Shown here piece after piece: positions 8,775 through 18,878 of a DNA stretch of 64,000 nt. The notes beneath the pieces were generated by a model. The model saw only the letters and a list, made by a program, of their open reading frames with translations, was not told the DNA's origin and ran no database searches. The position numbers and the translations under genes are program-made. This stretch comes from an uncultured Crocinitomix sp. (lineage in GTDB: Bacteria > Bacteroidota > Bacteroidia > Flavobacteriales_D > Crocinitomicaceae): assembly GCA_905478225.1 (NCBI GenBank), contig CAJQHR010000023.1, positions 2,948-66,947 on the forward strand, in the 5' to 3' direction. Each line of letters opens with the position of its first letter. The stretch's first letter is position 1.

Positions 8775-11336
8775 TTATCTCAGTAATGTTACTGTTCCTC
8801 TAAACTCTATACGTTTATCCGTAGTTCCTTCTTTCGCTTGTACTACCCATACATAAGCTCCTTCTGGAGCAATATCCGAACTATATGTTCCATTCCATGT
8901 TGCAGAGGCATCAAATGATTCCCAAACGATTTCTCCCCAACGGTTGTAGATTTGACAATTGAAATCATAAATATCAATTCCGTCGATCCAAACGCTCCAA
9001 CCTTCGTTGTATTGATCTCCATCTGGAGTAAATGCGTTTGGAGCATAAATAATTACATCTGTTAAAACATTTACTGTATGTACTTTAGTATTGAAACATC
9101 CATATTCATTTGTAACGGTTAATGTTACTTCGTAGTCATTAGGAACTCCTTCTGGATAGAATACTGTCGGCGTTTCATCAGTTGATGTTGCAGGCGTACC
9201 TTCTGGCATTGACCAATCATAAGTATGGCCTGAACTCAAATCAGAAGGTGTTAATTTAATAGTTGTATTAAATATTGTTGTTGGATTCGGATTGATGTAG
9301 AAATCAAAGTGCGGAACGTCTACAATTTCGAAATAATCAGAAGCCGTAATTTCATTTTCACATCCCCATTCGTTGGTTATTTCTAATGTAATGTCATAGA
9401 ATCCAACTTCATCAAATTCATAAGAGACATCATCAAGGTCTGTAAATGTACTACCGTTGATTGTCCATACTGGAATATCTGAAGGAACAACTGTTGCTTC
9501 GAATAGAGCCGTGGAAGGATTACAACCTGCAGTAATGTCTGAAGTGAAAATTGGCACTGGTACTGGATGAATTATCGTTTGTGTGCAAATTGTAACAGGA
9601 GTTGTTTCACAACCGTCATCCACAGTTACACAATAAACCGTGTTTACATCTGGAGTAGTTGTAATACCGGGAGTGATATCTGGCATTGCAGCTCCATTTT
9701 CTGTCCAAGTGTAAGTAAATGCTCCGTCGCCACCTGCTGCAATAACTGATGCTCCTGAACCAAAGCTCGGACAAATAGAATCGTTAACACTAATGTCTAA
9801 AGTAATTGGATCACGTAATGTGATTTCAATTGTCTCTTCAACTGACGGACAATCGTTTTCATTGATCACTGTAACAGTTACAATGTAAGGTGAATCTTCA
9901 GGCGAAACATCTTGCGTTCCAGCATCATCTGCACCAGGAATACTCCAAACATAAGAATATGAAACACCACCAGTTCCAGTAGCAGTTACTGTAGCTGTTC
10001 CGTTTTGACAGATGAGTGTGTCCGCCGAAACGGTTATACCCACTTCTTCTGGATCAAATAGTTCAATATCGCTGCTAAATTCACAGCCGGAAGCATCTCT
10101 TGATATTACCGTATATATCCCTGCAGGTAAATCTGTAAATACGTTTGAAGGCTGCCATGTTGCACCACCGTCAATGCTATATTCAACTGTTGGCAGCATT
10201 CCTGTTCCTGTAACTGTAATGGTTCCATCAAATACTCCAAAACATTGTGGAGATTCTGCTTCTAATTCATGGCTAGCTACTGTAAATATTAAAGTTATTG
10301 TATCACTTTGATCAGGACAAACATTATTTACATCCTCTGTATATAACACAAAATCATAAGTTCCAGGTAAGCTCACAACAACGCCAGATAATAGTTCATC
10401 ATCATCTGGAGAATATGCAATTAGTGGAGTTCCACCGCCGTAAAACTCATCCATTTCCCAATCAATAATTAGTTCAGTTTCGTCTATGTCAACTGTTGCA
10501 GGGAAAAGGTAAGGAGTTCCTATATCGTGACAAACAGTATCATCTAATCCTGCAAAAGGATTTGCAGGATGAATTACGTATACATCAATTGGCACTAACC
10601 AAGTACTATCTGGAGATGTAATTTCGCAAACATAATAGGTAGTATCGTCTGGCCAAACTTCAACTGTTGGTCCAGCAGTTGCATCAGCAATTGCAATATC
10701 TGGTGTCCAGCTATATGTAATTGGTCCAGGAGGCATTGTTCCTAAATCCAATTCAACTGTATCACCTTCACAAATTGTTGGGTCACATGTACCAACAACA
10801 ACGATATAATCTTCCGTTTCGCCATACGTTTGAAAATCGCAAGGATTTATTGCAGCACCTCCGGAAGCATATTTACTTCTTACACGCATGTTATATGAAC
10901 CTGGCGTGGCATCTAAAGGAATTGTAAAAGATCCCGTATAAACTACATCACCAAAACCAGGAGAGGCGTAAACTTTTTCAGCTAAATCAAAAATATCATC
11001 AGTATTCCAATCGATCCAAATTGCGAATCCCTGATCAAATGCATCTATCTCACATTGTACATTTGTTTCAATGGTTTCACCAGCACATCCGTGAACTTCC
11101 AATCCTGTATACCAGTAATTGTTTGGTAGTAAACAACAATCAGTGTCCATGTTTGTGATGTCTGTTACACCACCAACTGTCCAAAAGTTGTCAATTAAAT
11201 CTTCAGTAATAGCGCCACCTCCTGTGAAACACACTGTTCCGAAAGTGGGAATACAGACTTGCGCCTGTGAACCAAATGGGGCTGCAATTACCAAGGCAAC
11301 TGCGGCAATAAGTTTATTTAAGGATCTCATTTTCAT
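8775..11336 (-). CDS. Large T9SS cargo/adhesin with a type-B (gliding-motility-associated) C-terminal domain
   Basis: The track ORF starts at a TTG (11360). The ATG at 11336 gives MKMRSLNKLIAAVALVIAAPFGSQAQ. It has a GEVED-like block (YGETEDYIVVV), Ig/PKD/SprB-like modules and the C-terminal block YAPNAFTPDGDQYNEGW...IYNRWGEIVWES...GAYVWVVQAKE. Confidence 0.85.
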   Translation of the reverse strand: MKMRSLNKLIAAVALVIAAPFGSQAQVCIPTFGTVCFTGGGAITEDLIDNFWTVGGVTDITNMDTDCCLLPNNYWYTGLEVHGCAGETIETNVQCEIDAFDQGFAIWIDWNTDDIFDLAEKVYASPGFGDVVYTGSFTIPLDATPGSYNMRVRSKYASGGAAINPCDFQTYGETEDYIVVVGTCDPTICEGDTVELDLGTMPPGPITYSWTPDIAIADATAGPTVEVWPDDTTYYVCEITSPDSTWLVPIDVYVIHPANPFAGLDDTVCHDIGTPYLFPATVDIDETELIIDWEMDEFYGGGTPLIAYSPDDDELLSGVVVSLPGTYDFVLYTEDVNNVCPDQSDTITLIFTVASHELEAESPQCFGVFDGTITVTGTGMLPTVEYSIDGGATWQPSNVFTDLPAGIYTVISRDASGCEFSSDIELFDPEEVGITVSADTLICQNGTATVTATGTGGVSYSYVWSIPGADDAGTQDVSPEDSPYIVTVTVINENDCPSVEETIEITLRDPITLDISVNDSICPSFGSGASVIAAGGDGAFTYTWTENGAAMPDITPGITTTPDVNTVYCVTVDDGCETTPVTICTQTIIHPVPVPIFTSDITAGCNPSTALFEATVVPSDIPVWTINGSTFTDLDDVSYEFDEVGFYDITLEITNEWGCENEITASDYFEIVDVPHFDFYINPNPTTIFNTTIKLTPSDLSSGHTYDWSMPEGTPATSTDETPTVFYPEGVPNDYEVTLTVTNEYGCFNTKVHTVNVLTDVIIYAPNAFTPDGDQYNEGWSVWIDGIDIYDFNCQIYNRWGEIVWESFDASATWNGTYSSDIAPEGAYVWVVQAKEGTTDKRIEFRGTVTLLR

Positions 11337-11357
11337 TATCTTAAATTGGCTGAATTT

Positions 11358-11365
11358 CAAATTTA
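11358..11365 (-). promoter_or_regulatory. -7 promoter box (TAAATTTG)
   Basis: Matches TAnnTTTG on the minus strand, 22 nt upstream of the ATG at 11336. Confidence 0.35.
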
Positions 11366-11533
11366 CTCTTTTTAATGGTAAAATTCAACAATGTATTGGA
11401 CGAATCTTAACATTTGGAAAACGTTTGATTTCGCTATTGGGTTGCTTAATTTGGGTGTAAATTCGACTAATCCCTTAAACCCAAGGCTAAAAGGATTTAG
11501 ATGCCCTAATGGGATTCCAATATTAGTTCAAAA

Positions 11534-12562
11534 TTAGCTTGTTTTCTTGGGTGCGCCGACCTTATCTAAAATTACGATTAAGACAATACCTGCGAGTGCT
11601 AAACCAATACTAATCCACAAGAAGCTTTCTTCGGGTAGATTGGTGCCGTTTAGCAAGTTGTATTCTTGGGCAGCAGTAGGGTATGAGCCGGGTGAAATAT
11701 TCTGTTGAACTAACGGAACGATTTCTTCATTCGCTTCTCCTGCGTGTTTTTTGAACGATTCGAGTGTTTTTTTCCAAGGCCAAATTTTATTCAATGATCC
11801 AATTAAAAAACCGGTAAGAATGGCTACTGTAAAATCATGCGCTTTTTTAAATAGCCAGTTGAGGATGCGTGAAAAGCTAATTAATCCAACTAAACAGCCC
11901 AATATGAAAACAAAGAGTAGGAGCCCATTACTGAATACAAGATCCCAATTTGATGCTTTGATCGCTTCGATTAATCCACTTACTGCTCGTAAAACAGTGG
12001 TGTAAGCGCCAAGTAATAATAAAATAAAACTACCCGAGATTCCTGGAAGAATCATAGCGCAAATGGCGATTGAACCGCAGATAAAAATATAAAAGAGGTG
12101 GCTACTTTCCTGAGTTGGACTGATGGTGGTGATGAAATAAGCTGCAACTGTACCAAGAACGACACCGGCTATGTTCTTAGCGTTCCATTGATTAACGCTT
12201 TTACCAACCAGCCACACTGAGGCGATAATTAAACCAAAAAAGAAAGCCCATAAGTGAATAGGGAAGGTCGCTAAAAGATATTTAATTGCAATGGCAAGTG
12301 ATGCAATACTAATTATGATTCCGGTAAAAAGCGCAAAAAGAAAACGGAAATTCCCTTCACGCCACATGGCCTTAAAGCCTTCTTTCCGCCACGTTTTTAG
12401 AAGACCCAATTTTAGTCCGCTAATTGTTTCGAGAAGTTCCTCGTAAATTCCTGTTATGAATGCAATTGTTCCACCAGAAACACCCGGTACGACATCAGCC
12501 GCACCCATTCCAATGCCACGGAAAGCAATTCCTAAAAAACTTTTTTTTTCTTTTCCTTCCAT
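11534..12562 (-). CDS. DUF368-family membrane protein (family proposed as the polyprenyl-phosphate translocase PopT)
   Basis: 342 aa and polytopic. The duplicated DUF368 signatures DVVPGVSGGTIAF and LPGISGSFILLLLG are present. Confidence 0.85.
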   Translation of the reverse strand: MEGKEKKSFLGIAFRGIGMGAADVVPGVSGGTIAFITGIYEELLETISGLKLGLLKTWRKEGFKAMWREGNFRFLFALFTGIIISIASLAIAIKYLLATFPIHLWAFFFGLIIASVWLVGKSVNQWNAKNIAGVVLGTVAAYFITTISPTQESSHLFYIFICGSIAICAMILPGISGSFILLLLGAYTTVLRAVSGLIEAIKASNWDLVFSNGLLLFVFILGCLVGLISFSRILNWLFKKAHDFTVAILTGFLIGSLNKIWPWKKTLESFKKHAGEANEEIVPLVQQNISPGSYPTAAQEYNLLNGTNLPEESFLWISIGLALAGIVLIVILDKVGAPKKTS

Positions 12563-12564
12563 GT

Positions 12565-13377
12565 TTACTCGGCGGTTTGCTTGAGTTGTTTCTCAACTTC
12601 GTCAGGCAAAAATTCGAAGAATGTATCTCCTCTTAATCCAAGTCTGAGACATTCTAACGGAATCATTTCATTGGGGGCAATATTCCCCAAGTTTACATTT
12701 GGTCCAAATAAACGAATAAACCATACTTGTTGTGTTTTTTTAGGCGCTTCCCAAAGGATGCGATTCGGATCTATTTTGGCAATAATTTTATTAATCAAAT
12801 AGGTATGTGCTGTTCCGTTTGGTCTAAAAACACCAACCGTTCCGCTTTCTCTACCTTCAGCAATTACTTTCCACGAGCCAGCTTCTAACTCTGTGCTCAT
12901 CATTTTAATCCATTTTGCCGGACTAATAATAATTCCTTCATCCTTGGATCCAACTTCGGACATTACGGTGTGGTCTTTTGCTAATTCGCTAATGTATTTT
13001 AGTTTTTCTTCATGCGGTATGATGATCGAACCATCCGAAACCTCACAGAGATCCAAGTCATATTTATCGATAAGTCTTCTGAAATCATCAAAAGAATTTC
13101 GCGCAATGAACAGCTCAAATAATGTTCCACCGAAATAAGGACGAATACCAGCGTTTTTGTATAATTTAATTTTTTCCTCTAGCTTATTGGTAACAAAGGC
13201 GGTTCCAAATCCAAATTTGGCTATGTCGGTAATATCACCACTTGCTTCTATAAAGTCTTCAACTTCTCGGATGCTTAGACCTTTGTCCATCATCATGGTT
13301 GTTCCTGACTCTCTTGGTTTTACGGGTCGTTCCGGAATATGGGATAGTTTAAAATTTTTACTCATTGTTGGTTTCAA
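12565..13377 (-). CDS. comA: Phosphosulfolactate synthase (ComA family)
   Basis: 270 aa. The stretch KPRESGTTMMMDKGLSIREVEDFIEASGDITDIAKFGFGT is co-linear with the (2R)-phospho-3-sulfolactate synthase family (PF02679). The start could also be the ATG at 13365. Confidence 0.8.
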   Translation of the reverse strand: MKPTMSKNFKLSHIPERPVKPRESGTTMMMDKGLSIREVEDFIEASGDITDIAKFGFGTAFVTNKLEEKIKLYKNAGIRPYFGGTLFELFIARNSFDDFRRLIDKYDLDLCEVSDGSIIIPHEEKLKYISELAKDHTVMSEVGSKDEGIIISPAKWIKMMSTELEAGSWKVIAEGRESGTVGVFRPNGTAHTYLINKIIAKIDPNRILWEAPKKTQQVWFIRLFGPNVNLGNIAPNEMIPLECLRLGLRGDTFFEFLPDEVEKQLKQTAE

Positions 13378-14791
13378 TTATCTGCAGAAATTCAGGTATG
13401 AACTCTGCTTCAGGTAGGTACAAAAATAAGGTTTTTGCTGAACCTTTGTCAATTAAATATTCTTTCTTAAAATGGAGCAATGCATCTGTCTTTTGACCCA
13501 GTTGCCAAAAAATAGTTGATAAGATGATTCTTACCTCTGAATCTAGCTCCGCTAAATTTTCCAAACTTAACAGAAATTCAAGTGCTTCATTCAGGCTGAA
13601 TTCTGATTTGATTTTTGCTAACAGAGCTATGGCGTCACTATAACGCGGATCTAGTTGCACTGATCTTTCCAGTTCCGTTTCAGCCTCTGTCATTCGATCA
13701 GCTTTAAACAAAGCCTCACCTAGAACTAATCTGTAGTTTGAATTTTCTGGCTGAAGTTGAACGGCCTGTTGAATGAAATTAATTGCTTGGGTAGTTTCAC
13801 CACGCAATTCCATTATTATTCCTGTTCCCAGCCATGGTTCTGCCAATTCCGGATTAATTTCTCTACTTTTTTGATAACAATCTATGGCCTGGTCGTATTT
13901 TTCTAATCGTTCGTATGCTTCACCCAAATAGCTCAATGTTAAGGCGTCATTTGGATCAATTACCGCACATTTTTGATATGATTTTAATGCTTTTTCGTAA
14001 TCTTGAATCTGCATATATACGTTGCCCATGTTAAAGTGGGCAGATGTGAAATCATCATTAATGATCGTGGAATAATCATAGGCCCATAGCGCTTTTTCAA
14101 TATTGTTTTTGAGAAAGTAAATGTTTCCTAGATTATACCAAGCAGTAAATGAGTAGGGATTGTTGTTAATGTATTTGTTGTAATATTCAATGCATTTATC
14201 GAAGTTCCCTGTGCGCTCGTAGCAGTAAGCAATTTCATGAATTGCAGCTTCGTTGTCGGGTGTTTTGATTAGAATGTCTTCTAAAACTTTTATCGCTTTA
14301 CCATAATTATGCATGCTTTCATGCTCCATTGCCAAGTCGAAACGAATTTCTTCAATTTCTTCCAAATAATTAAATTCTTCAGCTATTTCAATGGCTTTTT
14401 CAAAGTATTTAATGGCTTTAGCATGATCACGCAGTTGGCTAAAAACACTTGCTTTTGTGATAAAAATTTCAGGATTATAAGGTTCTAATTTTTCCAAGGC
14501 TTGCAGTATTAGCAAACTTTCTTTCAATTGACCTGTAGTAGACAAGATTTGTGCTTTTCTTAAATCAAAAACGCTATTAGAAGGATGTTGTTTTTTTGCG
14601 AAATTTACCGCCTTCAACCCTTTTTTTAATTGATTGTTAATTATAAAATGTTCAATGATTTGTTCTAGAATCTCGCTATCGAAATAGTACGCATTGCGCG
14701 CTTCCACCATCTCCTCAAAGCGCTTTAGCTCCGAGTTAAACTGATCGTCAAACAATCCATCATTATCTTCATTATCCTCTTCATCAAACAT
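13358..14791 (-). CDS. Tetratricopeptide-repeat protein
   Basis: 477 aa with about ten TPR-like units (repeated A-x-x-Y/F-x-K-A-I/L pattern). It overlaps the comA start and is probably the first gene of a TPR-comA-DUF368 operon. Confidence 0.8.
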   Translation of the reverse strand: MFDEEDNEDNDGLFDDQFNSELKRFEEMVEARNAYYFDSEILEQIIEHFIINNQLKKGLKAVNFAKKQHPSNSVFDLRKAQILSTTGQLKESLLILQALEKLEPYNPEIFITKASVFSQLRDHAKAIKYFEKAIEIAEEFNYLEEIEEIRFDLAMEHESMHNYGKAIKVLEDILIKTPDNEAAIHEIAYCYERTGNFDKCIEYYNKYINNNPYSFTAWYNLGNIYFLKNNIEKALWAYDYSTIINDDFTSAHFNMGNVYMQIQDYEKALKSYQKCAVIDPNDALTLSYLGEAYERLEKYDQAIDCYQKSREINPELAEPWLGTGIIMELRGETTQAINFIQQAVQLQPENSNYRLVLGEALFKADRMTEAETELERSVQLDPRYSDAIALLAKIKSEFSLNEALEFLLSLENLAELDSEVRIILSTIFWQLGQKTDALLHFKKEYLIDKGSAKTLFLYLPEAEFIPEFLQIIETNNE

Positions 14792-14813
14792 AGAAATCTA
14801 TTTACGCTTTAAA

Positions 14814-14821
14814 CAAAAATA
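14814..14821 (-). promoter_or_regulatory. -7 promoter box (TATTTTTG)
   Basis: Matches TAnnTTTG on the minus strand, 23 nt upstream of the ATG at 14791. Confidence 0.35.
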
Positions 14822-14973
14822 AAATTATCCTAGGTTGCAATCTCATTAGTGGGCTAATGTTATTAACAAGCTTTTGAACAATTTATTATCCAAACTGCTC
14901 AGAATTTGGATAAATCTTGCGCCATTTTTATAGAATTTTGATACGCCATATAGGTTTGGAAACCATTTAAAGC

Positions 14974-15005
14974 AAAATAAGGTCGTCTTAGGACGACCTT
15001 ATTTT
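14974..15005 (-). terminator. Terminator hairpin after typA
   Basis: Perfect 14-bp stem aaaataaggtcgtc / gacgaccttatttt with a 4-nt loop. The distal A/U part of the stem supplies the U-rich tail. Confidence 0.6.
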
Positions 15006-15019
15006 GAAATTTTGATTTC

Positions 15020-16807
15020 TTATTTGTCGTTTCTCTTTCGATCAGTTTCTTTTAAATAAATTTTTCTGATTCGAATCGATTGCGGAGTTACTTCTACGTA
15101 TTCGTCTTTCTGGATGTACTCCAATGCTTCCTCTAATGAGAACGTTTTTGGTGGAGCGATTTTCATCTTATCATCTGTGCCAGACTTACGCATATTTGTA
15201 AGTTGTTTCGTTTTAGTAACGTTAATTACCAAATCACCAGCTCTCGTGTTTTCTCCAATTACTTGTCCTTCATAAATATCTACATTGGAATTAATGAAAA
15301 ATTTACCACGCTCTTGCAATTTGTGCAATGAGAAAGGCACACTTGATCCTTTTTCCATTGAGATTAAAGAACCATTCATACGTCCGGGGATATCACCTTT
15401 ATGTGGTTCGTAATCTATGAATCGGTGTGTAACAACAGCTTCACCAGCTGTTTGAGTTAACATTAAACTTCTCAATCCAATAATTCCTCTTGAAGGAATT
15501 TTGAATTTACAAATCATTCGCGCTCCTTTTGGCTCCATGCTAAGCATTTCACCTTTTCGTTTTGTTACAATATCAATTGCAGTCCCTGAATACTCTTCTG
15601 GTAAATCAATTGTTAAATCCTCGATAGGTTCAGATCGCTTTCCGTCAATTTCTTTATAAATAACCTGCGGTTGACCCACTTGTACCTCATAGCCTTCTCT
15701 ACGCATTGTTTCTAAAAGAACAGAGATATGCATTACACCACGTCCGTATACGTCCCATTTATCAGCAGAACCAGTATTAACTAATTTAAGTGCTAAGTTT
15801 TTTTCTAATTCTTTTTGTAAACGGTCATGAATATGTCTTGACGTTACAAATTTCCCTTCTTTACCGAAGAAAGGAGAATCATTAATAGTGAAAAGCATAC
15901 TCATTGTTGGCTCATCAATACTGATTGTTGGTAAAGGTTCAGGATTTTCGAAATCACAAATTGTATCTCCAATTTCGAAACCTTCAATACCTGTAAGCGC
16001 GCAAATATCTCCTGTTTGAACAGATTCTACTTTTCTTTTCTCTAAGCCTTCAAAAACAAAAACCTCTTTTATTTTTGACTTCACGAGTGAGCCGTCTCTT
16101 TTGCTCAACATTACTTGTTGATTCGGCTTTACTGTTCCTCTTGTTAACCTTCCAACGGCAATTCGTCCAACAAAAGAAGAATAATCCAATGAGGTAATTA
16201 ACATTTGAGTATTCCCGTCAGGAAATTCCTTTGGTGGGAAATAAGTCAAAATTGTATCTAAAAGTGGTTCGATTTTGTCTGTTGGTTTTTGCCAATCAGT
16301 GCTCATCCATCCCATTTTAGCAGAACCATAAACGGTTTCAAAATCTAACTGCTCTTCAGTTGCATCTAACTCAAACATTAAATCAAACACTTTCTCATGC
16401 ACGATATCAGGAGTACAGTTTTCTTTGTCCACTTTGTTAACTACTAAGAGTGGTTTTAAACCTAATTCAAGAGCTTTTTGAAGTACAAAACGCGTTTGTG
16501 GCATTGGTCCTTCAAAGGCATCTACTAATAAACACACGCCATCAGCCATATTTAATACACGCTCAACCTCACCACCAAAATCGGAGTGACCGGGAGTATC
16601 AATAATATTAATTTTTGTTCCTTTAAAAGAGACAGAAACGTTTTTAGATGTAATTGTGATTCCTCGTTCTCTTTCCTGATCATTACTATCCATGATTAAC
16701 TCACCATCACTTTTGATGGGTGCGTCTCCAGATTCGATCATTCTATCTACCAAAGTTGTTTTACCGTGGTCAACGTGTGCGATTATTGCAATGTTTCTAA
16801 TTTCCAT
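15020..16807 (-). CDS. typA: Translational GTPase TypA/BipA
   Basis: 595 aa, N-terminus [21 protein letters not shown]. The G-domain motifs DTPGH and NKVD are present and the layout is co-linear with BipA. Confidence 0.95.
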   Translation of the reverse strand: MEIRNIAIIAHVDHGKTTLVDRMIESGDAPIKSDGELIMDSNDQERERGITITSKNVSVSFKGTKINIIDTPGHSDFGGEVERVLNMADGVCLLVDAFEGPMPQTRFVLQKALELGLKPLLVVNKVDKENCTPDIVHEKVFDLMFELDATEEQLDFETVYGSAKMGWMSTDWQKPTDKIEPLLDTILTYFPPKEFPDGNTQMLITSLDYSSFVGRIAVGRLTRGTVKPNQQVMLSKRDGSLVKSKIKEVFVFEGLEKRKVESVQTGDICALTGIEGFEIGDTICDFENPEPLPTISIDEPTMSMLFTINDSPFFGKEGKFVTSRHIHDRLQKELEKNLALKLVNTGSADKWDVYGRGVMHISVLLETMRREGYEVQVGQPQVIYKEIDGKRSEPIEDLTIDLPEEYSGTAIDIVTKRKGEMLSMEPKGARMICKFKIPSRGIIGLRSLMLTQTAGEAVVTHRFIDYEPHKGDIPGRMNGSLISMEKGSSVPFSLHKLQERGKFFINSNVDIYEGQVIGENTRAGDLVINVTKTKQLTNMRKSGTDDKMKIAPPKTFSLEEALEYIQKDEYVEVTPQSIRIRKIYLKETDRKRNDK

Positions 16808-16830
16808 TATTCGTAATTATAGAGTAGTTT

Positions 16831-18615
16831 CTAGTTTTTATAAGATCTTCTTCGGCTACTTCTGTTGCCTTCACTTCTTCTTAAACGATCACCGCCACTG
16901 CTATTGCCTGAGCTTCGTCGTGCATATGATTTTTTATTTCCGCCGCCGCTATTTCCACCACCACGATTTTCGTCACGATTTTTGGTTTTTTCAACGTTCA
17001 GCATGCTTCCTTCAAAATCAATGCCTTGCATTTTTCGAAGAATAGTTTCTGTTTCTTTTTTATCCGCATCAAAAAATGAGAACGAATCCAAAATATCAAT
17101 TTTACCAATGTCACTTTTGTTTACGCCTGTATTATCACATAATAAACGTAAAAGTGCACCATGGTTGAAGCCATCTTTTCTACCGAGGCTTACGAAAAAG
17201 CGCTGTTTGTTCGCATCATTTCTATCTCCTCGATCTCTACTTCCCCTTTTTCTTGATCCGTAGTCGTCACGATCATTTCCACCAGAACGTTGGCTTGCAT
17301 TTAAGTCGCGTGAATTTTCGTAATAGCTTAAAAATTTGTTGAACTCAGCAGATACAAATCGTTTGATCAAATCTTCTTTTGAATAGTCTTCTAACTGCTC
17401 CATCAAAACGGGCATATATTTTTCAATACGACTCGAATCAACTTCTGCATCCGTAATTCCACTAATCAAACTCGACAATTGTGTTTCAACAATTTCTGAA
17501 GGTGAAGGCACCTTTTTTAAATCAAATTGTGATTTAATAATGCGCTCAATACTTTTAATTCTACGTCCTTCTTTTGTGTTGATAAGGGCAATTGAAGTCC
17601 CTTTCTTTCCAGCACGAGCAGTACGTCCACTTCTATGTGTATAGTTTTCAACATCTTCTGGTAATTGATAGTGAATGACGTGTGTGATATCATCAACATC
17701 AATTCCACGCGCAGCAACATCAGTAGCTACTAAAATTTGAAGCGTTTTTGATCTGAATTTTTGCATGACGCGATCGCGTTGTGCTTGTGAAAGATCACCG
17801 TGAAGCGGTTCAGCGTTATAACCGCCCGCCATCAATTTATCCGCAACTGCAGCTGTGTCTCTTCTTGTTCTGCAAAATATCAATCCATATATGTTTGGAT
17901 TGAAATCAATAATACTTTTTAAAGCTTGGAAACGATCTCGCTCTTTTACCACATAATAGTGGTGTTCAATATTTTTGTTGGTTTCGTTTTTACCACCTAC
18001 TGTAATTTCAAACGGCTGCTCCATATAGTTTTTTGCAATGCGCGAAACTTCTTTCGGCATTGTGGCAGAGAACAACCATACGTTTTTATAGTCAGGTGTT
18101 TTTTCTAAAATGGAATCAATATCTTCTTTGAATCCCATATTTAGCATTTCATCAGCTTCATCTAAGATGACCGCTTCAACTTCGCCTAATTTTATTTTTC
18201 TTCTGTTGATCAAATCTAACAAACGACCTGGTGTTGCCACAATAATTTGTGCACCACGTTCAATTTGTCGAATTTGTTTTACGATATCAGTTCCACCATA
18301 AACAGGAACAATATTTATTCCTCTAATGTTTTTTGCATACGTATTTAAATCTTTAGAAATTTGAATACACAACTCACGTGTTGGACAAATAATAAGCCCT
18401 TGTGTGTTTTTTGAATCAGTTTCGATTTGATTTAAAAGGGGTAAGCCAAACGCTGCTGTTTTACCAGTACCTGTAGATGCCAAACCAATAAGGTCTCCTT
18501 GGTTATCTAATAAATATGGAATTGCTTCTTGTTGAATCGGTGTAGGGGATTCATAACCCATGTCAGTAATTGCTGAAAGAATAGTATCTTTCAATCCTAG
18601 TTCATTGAACTTCAT
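16831..18615 (-). CDS. deaD: DEAD-box ATP-dependent RNA helicase (DeaD/CsdA type) with a DbpA-like domain and an RGG/Ser-Arg tail
   Basis: 594 aa. Motifs found: Q motif, ASTGTGKT, DEAD (LDEADEML), SAT and HRSGRTARAG. The C-terminal DbpA-like RNA-binding region (FFVSLGRKDGFNHGALLRLL) is followed by an RGGGNSGGGN...RRRSYKN tail. Confidence 0.9.
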   Translation of the reverse strand: MKFNELGLKDTILSAITDMGYESPTPIQQEAIPYLLDNQGDLIGLASTGTGKTAAFGLPLLNQIETDSKNTQGLIICPTRELCIQISKDLNTYAKNIRGINIVPVYGGTDIVKQIRQIERGAQIIVATPGRLLDLINRRKIKLGEVEAVILDEADEMLNMGFKEDIDSILEKTPDYKNVWLFSATMPKEVSRIAKNYMEQPFEITVGGKNETNKNIEHHYYVVKERDRFQALKSIIDFNPNIYGLIFCRTRRDTAAVADKLMAGGYNAEPLHGDLSQAQRDRVMQKFRSKTLQILVATDVAARGIDVDDITHVIHYQLPEDVENYTHRSGRTARAGKKGTSIALINTKEGRRIKSIERIIKSQFDLKKVPSPSEIVETQLSSLISGITDAEVDSSRIEKYMPVLMEQLEDYSKEDLIKRFVSAEFNKFLSYYENSRDLNASQRSGGNDRDDYGSRKRGSRDRGDRNDANKQRFFVSLGRKDGFNHGALLRLLCDNTGVNKSDIGKIDILDSFSFFDADKKETETILRKMQGIDFEGSMLNVEKTKNRDENRGGGNSGGGNKKSYARRSSGNSSGGDRLRRSEGNRSSRRRSYKN

Positions 18616-18848
18616 TTTTTCTTAATTTAGTTTTTACCTTCGCTTAGCCTAGGTTCGAACTAAATTCTCAATTGTAACGACAATGAACCTTTACCAAGCA
18701 TTTGCTTTCTTACGCAAAATTTGGGGCAAAGGTACATCATTTTTTTTAATCCATCATTTTTCATAATAATTAGAGGCTTTTAAGCGTTAATTTCTGTTAA
18801 ATAAGTCCTAAACTAAGCCGCCAAATCTACCATTTACGGATAAATATG

Positions 18849-18856
18849 TACTTTTG
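18849..18856 (+). promoter_or_regulatory. -7 promoter box (TACTTTTG)
   Basis: Matches TAnnTTTG, 23 nt upstream of the ATG at 18879. It lies inside the longer track ORF that starts at 18846, which argues for the 18879 start. Confidence 0.35.
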
Positions 18857-18878
18857 CACTAAAACTGATAAAAACACC

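Noticed and set aside
14887-14912. Inverted repeat TATCCAAA-N10-TTTGGATA between the typA terminator and the TPR-operon promoter, considered as an operator or second terminator.
   Set aside because: The stem is only 8 bp and AT-rich, no U-run follows, and there is no second copy. This is insufficient to call a feature.
18640-18665. GGTTCGAAC, a tRNA T-loop-like sequence in the helicase upstream region. I considered a tRNA or tRNA-derived element.
   Set aside because: There is no complementary T-stem, acceptor stem or anticodon arm around it. It sits within the presumed 5' leader of the DeaD-type helicase.
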